Positions 59,697 to 64,000 of a stretch of DNA of 64,000 bases are shown in pieces. The DNA is from Gammaproteobacteria bacterium (GTDB taxonomy: Bacteria > Pseudomonadota > Gammaproteobacteria > Burkholderiales > Sulfuricellaceae). Positions within the stretch are counted from its first letter, which is position 1. Each line of letters opens with the position of its first letter. Location of the stretch: the NCBI GenBank assembly GCA_018823025.1, contig JAHJJI010000115.1, forward strand, positions 1,833 to 65,832. The letters are read 5' to 3'. Below the pieces are notes generated by a model. That model was not told the DNA's origin, made no database searches, and saw only the letters and a program-made list of their open reading frames with translations. The position numbers were made by a program, and so were the translations under genes.

Positions 59697-60251
59697 TCAA
59701 CGACACCACTGAGATTCACACGGAATGCCATCCCCGTCACCATCCATTTCCGTCCCAGGGCAGTTTTTCAGATAAAACGTGGCCTCTTCGCAGGAGGTCA
59801 TCTCAGAACAGTGTCGCTTACCTTGGCACTCGAACTTCGCCGTAGCACTGAGAGAAATAGCGGACTCACCACCTCCTAAGGTGCTAACAGGCAATACTGG
59901 TTCACTGCCTAATGGGTGCCCAACTCGACTTGTTTTCTGAATGAAATGCTGCCAACCGTAGAACCCCATTGCTGCCAAAATAATCACGGAAACAACTCGA
60001 ATGAAAAGGCGTGGCCGTTCTGTGGATGAGGAAGCTTTACGAGATCCCACGTAAAGGACATTCTCTGCACGATTACCCTTCTTCTCATCTTTCACAAGTT
60101 CGTATGTAACAAGCTCATTTCCAACAGGGCGTTTCTGACCTTTTTCAAAGGCACGGATATGCACAAACACGGCGTCACTACCCCCATTCGGAGTAATGAA
60201 GCCAAAGCCTCTATTGTCTTTCCAGTCTGTGATTCGTCCTTGATGGCGCAT
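59697..60251 (-). CDS. Cold-shock domain - TM - Excalibur (Ca-binding) domain protein
   Basis: N-terminal GRITDWKDNRGFGFITP...VFVHIRAF (CSD), a hydrophobic helix (FIRVVSVIILAAMGFYGW), and C-terminal CEEATFYLKNCPGTEMDGDGDGIPCE (Excalibur). Confidence 0.7.
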   Translation of the reverse strand: MRHQGRITDWKDNRGFGFITPNGGSDAVFVHIRAFEKGQKRPVGNELVTYELVKDEKKGNRAENVLYVGSRKASSSTERPRLFIRVVSVIILAAMGFYGWQHFIQKTSRVGHPLGSEPVLPVSTLGGGESAISLSATAKFECQGKRHCSEMTSCEEATFYLKNCPGTEMDGDGDGIPCESQWCR

Positions 60252-60291
60252 ATTTTCCTGGCGATTTGTCTAATCGAAGTAATACCGATCT

Positions 60292-61014
60292 TTAATTAAT
60301 TGGTGCTATTCCTCGGCATTTAGGAAACGTGGCACACCCCCAGAACTGATTGCCTGCATTGGCTCCTTGCTTGGCTGTCCGCTTGATCATGGCACTTCCA
60401 CATTTTGGACAGCTGGGCTCGGCCGATTTTATTAATTTCGGGGACGTATCTGGCACCGAATGGCGATCGTTGAGTGAATCTATGTGCAGCCTACGTGTTG
60501 CCCATGTCCTTGGCAGCTTGCCTGTCTGGATAGCTTCAACAATCAGCTCAACTTCATCATCCGGGAACAATACTTCAGTTTTGCTTTTGATGTATGACGA
60601 GTAACCCTTATCCAGTACATTTTCAGGCATGGGTGTCTTGAACGTGCTCTCACCCCAGAACATCACCACAGAATGAAGCTTGTTATGCTCAATACCCAAA
60701 AACTCCGACAAGCACTTGGTATGTCGGTAATTCTGGCGCAGTGGATTTTGAAACTTGAACTTGCCTCCAGAAAAAGATTGCGTCCATTCGGCTGATTTTT
60801 CATTGCCGAAGATCCAGCCATTCATGTTTTTTGCTTCAATCACAAAAATACCATAGCGAGAAACAATGACGTGGTCGATCTGAGTCGTACCATCCGGAGT
60901 TGGAATGGTTACATTGTTGAGTTCACGGTAGATGCTGCTGTCTAGCATGACCTTATGCGCTAGAGAGCCCATCGCCTCGCCAACAAACCCTTTAAATATC
61001 GACATCAAGCCCAT
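60292..61014 (-). CDS. NERD-domain protein with C-terminal topoisomerase-type C4 zinc finger
   Basis: I prefer the start at ATG 61014 (MGLMSIFKG). The ORF-track start (61155) lies inside the IS element. NERD core (IDHVIVSRYGIFVIEAKN) and CPKCGSAM...FWGCATFPKCRG. Confidence 0.7.
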   Translation of the reverse strand: MGLMSIFKGFVGEAMGSLAHKVMLDSSIYRELNNVTIPTPDGTTQIDHVIVSRYGIFVIEAKNMNGWIFGNEKSAEWTQSFSGGKFKFQNPLRQNYRHTKCLSEFLGIEHNKLHSVVMFWGESTFKTPMPENVLDKGYSSYIKSKTEVLFPDDEVELIVEAIQTGKLPRTWATRRLHIDSLNDRHSVPDTSPKLIKSAEPSCPKCGSAMIKRTAKQGANAGNQFWGCATFPKCRGIAPIN

Positions 61015-61096
61015 TTGTCGTCCGTTTTTGTTATGAGGGTGACCTGCCCCCATTAGAAGTGCCATCGGCATCCTAGTAAAATCCAAAGTTGTAACA

Positions 61097-61930
61097 TTAA
61101 ACAATTTCCTGCTGTGATGCATCATCTGGCAAATTTGTTCGCCATCGTGCTGCAAACTCTGCCGGAGTCTGGTAATTCAACGCGCTGTGCGGTCGACACT
61201 CGTTGTAGTCCCGCCGCCAAGCGCTGACAAGCACTCTGGCCTCAGGCAGGCTGGTAAACCAGTGCTCATTCAGGCATTCGTCCCTGAACTTGCCATTGAA
61301 GCTCTCAATGTAGGCATTCTGGGTCGGCTTGCCCGGCTCAATGAGCTTGAGTTGCACCCCGTTGCGATACGCCCACTGGTCCAGCGCCTTCCCCGTAAAC
61401 TCCGGCCCCTGATCGGTGCGAATGGCTGTCGGCAGCCCACGAAACAGGGCTGCCTGATCAAGCACACGAGTCACGTAGTGTCCCGAGATGCCGTGATCGA
61501 CCACGATGTCGACCGACTCTTTGGTGAAATCATCAACAATCGTCAGTGCCCTGATCCTGCGACCACTGGACAGCGCGTCACTGACAAAATCCATCGACCA
61601 GACTTCGTTCGGCTGGCTTGGCAGTTCCAACTTCTCTCGCTCAACGGCGACGCCGTGGCGCTTGCGCCGACGACGAACTGCCAACCCCGCCTCCTGGTAA
61701 AGCCGGAAGACGCGCTTGTGGTTCGCTTCCACACCTTCACGACGCAACAGAGCATGGATGCGACGATAACCAAATCGGCGGCGTTCTCCGGCAATCTCGG
61801 TGATGCGTTCCTGTAACCGTTCGTTCTCTGGCTGCACCTTCGGCTCATAATGCAGCACCGTGCGTGATAACCCCACAAGCAGGCAGGCGCGGCGCTCGGA
61901 AATTAGGATTTCCAGTTGCATCGCGGTCAC
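61097..61930 (-). CDS. IS3-family transposase OrfB (DDE integrase core), probably expressed by -1 frameshift from OrfA
   Basis: WSMDFV...RTDQGPEF...[15 protein letters not shown] motif. The -1 frame continues upstream into the end of OrfA. Confidence 0.85.
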   Translation of the reverse strand: MTAMQLEILISERRACLLVGLSRTVLHYEPKVQPENERLQERITEIAGERRRFGYRRIHALLRREGVEANHKRVFRLYQEAGLAVRRRRKRHGVAVEREKLELPSQPNEVWSMDFVSDALSSGRRIRALTIVDDFTKESVDIVVDHGISGHYVTRVLDQAALFRGLPTAIRTDQGPEFTGKALDQWAYRNGVQLKLIEPGKPTQNAYIESFNGKFRDECLNEHWFTSLPEARVLVSAWRRDYNECRPHSALNYQTPAEFAARWRTNLPDDASQQEIV

Positions 61931-61953
61931 TGCCTCACGCTTTGCTTGTGGGG

Positions 61954-62217
61954 TTAACGCTTTCGGCCCAGAGCCACCTTCAAGGCTTCGGCATCAAGAA
62001 TGGATTCCGCCAGCAGCTTCTTGAGCCGGCTGTTCTCGGCTTCCAACTCCCGCAGCCGTCTCGCGTCCGGAACGCTCATGCCGCCGAACTTGGCCCGCCA
62101 AGTGTAGTACGACACATCGCTGAATCCATGTTGCCGGCACAGTTCCTTGACCGGCACACCCGCCTCAGCCTGTTTCAGAAATCCGATGATTTGCTCTTCC
62201 GTAAATCGCTTCTTCAA
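61954..62217 (-). CDS. IS3-family transposase OrfA (HTH)
   Basis: [46 protein letters not shown], typical of IS3/IS407 OrfA. Confidence 0.85.
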   Translation of the reverse strand: MKKRFTEEQIIGFLKQAEAGVPVKELCRQHGFSDVSYYTWRAKFGGMSVPDARRLRELEAENSRLKKLLAESILDAEALKVALGRKR

Positions 62218-62336
62218 GTCCCTTCTCCTTCCAGAAAACGGACTTTACTAGATTTTAGGTGGCACTGTTTAGTGGGGGCAGGTCAAGGGAGTCAAATCAT
62301 TAGCATTCAGAGTGTCGGCGCTGGCCCACACCCCTA

Positions 62337-62564
62337 TCAACTCATCTCAATTAATCTTGCCACATCATCACAACACTCTGAGCATTTACCTACCAGCAAC
62401 AAATCACCTGCTTTGACGGCCCCAGAGAAATTGGTAATCGTGACTTCACGACGGCATTTTCCGCACCAGACATTTGATATTAGAAGTTTTCTGGTTTCAT
62501 TTGTGATGGTTGCCCACAGTTCAGCGGCGGGATCGGTAAATGTGGGAAGGGATTCAACTATCAT
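62337..62564 (-). CDS. Small zinc-ribbon protein (75 aa)
   Basis: CGKC...CSECC pattern. The start overlaps the stop of the IHF-beta-like gene (ATGA). Confidence 0.45.
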   Translation of the reverse strand: MIVESLPTFTDPAAELWATITNETRKLLISNVWCGKCRREVTITNFSGAVKAGDLLLVGKCSECCDDVARLIEMS

Positions 62565-62842
62565 TTGCTATCAACACGTTCACGCAATTCCTTACCTGCC
62601 TTGAAGTGCGGCACGTGCTTGGCTGGCACTTCTACCTTCTCGCCAGTTTTTGGATTACGTCCCAGGCGTGGCGGTCGGTGATTCACACCAAAGCTACCGA
62701 AACCACGTATTTCTATATGCTCGCCATTAGATAACGAATTGGACAGCGCATCGAGCATTACCTTAACAGCAAGTTCGGCATCTTTGATTTGGAATTGGGG
62801 GTGTAGCTTGGCTAGGCGTTCAATGAGTTCAGATCGGGTCAT
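62561..62842 (-). CDS. Integration host factor beta-like DNA-bending protein (island-borne)
   Basis: I prefer the start at [11 protein letters not shown] (62842). [44 protein letters not shown] is canonical IHF-beta/HU. Confidence 0.8.
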   Translation of the reverse strand: MTRSELIERLAKLHPQFQIKDAELAVKVMLDALSNSLSNGEHIEIRGFGSFGVNHRPPRLGRNPKTGEKVEVPAKHVPHFKAGKELRERVDSK

Positions 62843-62999
62843 GCTGGTTGCCGTTATTTGAGAGGTGATGAATGATGTCAATTCTCACCGAAAGCCCATT
62901 TACCTTCAATCACTTTATGTGCAAATTGAAATTGATGCGATAGCCCTTTAGAAAGTCATCTTGCTATCGCACTACCTGATGGCTTCTGTTAAATCTGTA

Positions 63000-64000
63000 C
63001 TACTTAACCCCGTAACGTGAGTAAACAAATTTACCGAATTCCTGGTCTAGCTTACCGAACTTCGATTCGTAGTACTTGCTGGCAGTAAGCTGACCAACTT
63101 TCTCACCAGCCCAAGTTCCTCCAAATGATCCAACGGTTGCCCCGAATTCAGTTGCTACCGGAATGGGTGTAATGCTTCCCAAAAAACCTCCGCCCAGCCC
63201 GCCGACCGTTCCTCCAGTTAATGAAGATCCCAGAACCCACTGCGTCGTCCAAAATTCTCGGGAAGACACATCTCCGTTTACATATCTAGAAACTAGGAAC
63301 ACCTCACTTAAGCCATGGATAATAGGAGAATAGATGCCGCCTGTGCGTCCTAATGAATAGAGTTTGCCCTGCAACCCCTCACTGGCGTATCTACTTGCCA
63401 TTAATGAGCCCCCAGAAAGCAGCATACCTCCACCTGCCAGTGTGGATGAACCGTTTTCACCAAATCGAAGCCATGCTTGAGTTGAACTCGTACTAGAATT
63501 TAGCGCTGTCTGAAGATCATCCCATGCCGCCGGTGCTGAATACATCAGAATTCCAGCCCCATAGCCAGACAGTCCTCCCCCCAAAGTGGCTCTTGTCCGA
63601 GCGGTTTTAATAAATTGTTGATCAACCTGGTCAAGAGCTTCTTTGGCAGACATCGTATTGTTAATGGAGGTGCGGCCAGTCGAAACATTACCTAATACAT
63701 TTATCCCATTCCCACTCGCATACTGTCGAATTTCTGGAAGCACCTCTCGACGGTTAATCCAGAACTGGGGCTGGCCTGTGGCTCGACCCTCTTTCGCCAT
63801 CTTATCAATTTGAATCTTGAGGTCCTTGAGGTTGGTTATTTGCGAGTTAAGGGAATAGTCTTTGACCTCAATGCGCCCATATAGCCCCGTTTTATGACGG
63901 ATAACCAAGTCGGCATCTGTATTGCCCCATGATCGCTTAAGAACTCGATTCATCGCCTCTAGGCCGAAGCGTGGATCATTGTGAAACGCACTGGCGTAAA
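63000..64000 (-). CDS. Partial protein: PD-(D/E)xK-like nuclease region followed by Gly-rich (glycine-zipper) C-terminal region; N-terminus outside the window
   Basis: The frame stays open from 63953 to the window edge. DADLVIRH...GRIEVKDY resembles a D...E-x-K nuclease core. The C-terminal ~200 aa is rich in GxxxG-type repeats (GGTVGGLGGGFLGS). Confidence 0.5.
   Translation of the reverse strand, partial: YASAFHNDPRFGLEAMNRVLKRSWGNTDADLVIRHKTGLYGRIEVKDYSLNSQITNLKDLKIQIDKMAKEGRATGQPQFWINRREVLPEIRQYASGNGINVLGNVSTGRTSINNTMSAKEALDQVDQQFIKTARTRATLGGGLSGYGAGILMYSAPAAWDDLQTALNSSTSSTQAWLRFGENGSSTLAGGGMLLSGGSLMASRYASEGLQGKLYSLGRTGGIYSPIIHGLSEVFLVSRYVNGDVSSREFWTTQWVLGSSLTGGTVGGLGGGFLGSITPIPVATEFGATVGSFGGTWAGEKVGQLTASKYYESKFGKLDQEFGKFVYSRYGVK

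Larger units (their letters stand above)
61040..62285 (-). mobile_element. Intact IS3-family (IS407-group) insertion sequence, 1246 bp
   Basis: Terminal inverted repeats are tgacctgcccccattagaagtgcca (61040-) and the complement of tggcactgtttagtgggggcaggtca (-62285). A 4-bp direct target duplication AGGG lies at 61036-61039 and 62286-62289. Confidence 0.85.

Noticed and set aside
61015-61155. Longer start for the NERD gene at 61155
   Set aside because: The extension runs into the IS element, whose terminal repeat starts at 61040, so it is a fortuitous fusion frame.
61864-62604. 246-aa plus-strand ORF
   Set aside because: It spans the IS end and the flanking DNA antisense to OrfA and the zinc-ribbon gene, so it is an artefact.
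29389-64000. Prophage
   Set aside because: No capsid, portal, terminase, tail or lysis genes are recognisable. Only integrase, primase-helicase and small regulatory-type genes are present.

Overview
The window has two parts. Bases 1-29388 are GC-rich proteobacterial core genome. They hold a chemosensory operon (cheA, Aer-like MCP, cheW, MCP, cheR, cheD, cheB) followed by a STAS protein and a receiver-PP2C-kinase protein. These are convergent with the classical surE-pcm-nlpD-rpoS cluster. Next come tRNA-Pro, the thrS-infC-rpmI-rplT-pheS-pheT-ihfA-merR block, tRNA-Val, a hydrolase, an MtfA-like peptidase, relA and comEC. The comEC frame is cut off at about 29388, where the sequence becomes AT-rich by eye. 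From 29389 to the window end lies a mosaic accessory island. It carries plasmid/ICE-like small genes, an IS3 remnant, secreted and lipoprotein paralogues and a tyrosine integrase. It also carries a run of defence-type genes: an OLD-family ATPase-nuclease, an MmeI-family methyltransferase + SF2 helicase + T5orf172 operon, a GmrSD-like DUF262/HNH enzyme, and an effector-less NB-ARC/TPR STAND NTPase. Further right are a primase-helicase replication module with small coupled genes, a NERD/cold-shock-Excalibur pair, an intact IS407-group IS3-family element with a 4-bp target duplication, an extra IHF-beta-like gene, and a partial PD-(D/E)xK + glycine-zipper protein. The best candidates for something undescribed are two. 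First, the methyltransferase-helicase-T5orf172 operon, whose MmeI-type nuclease triad appears to be substituted. Second, a roughly 250-280 bp non-coding repeat present three times in direct orientation, with a possible degenerate fourth copy just upstream of the integrase, that divides the defence genes into cassette-like modules. All functional calls come from motif recognition by eye; no database search was possible.
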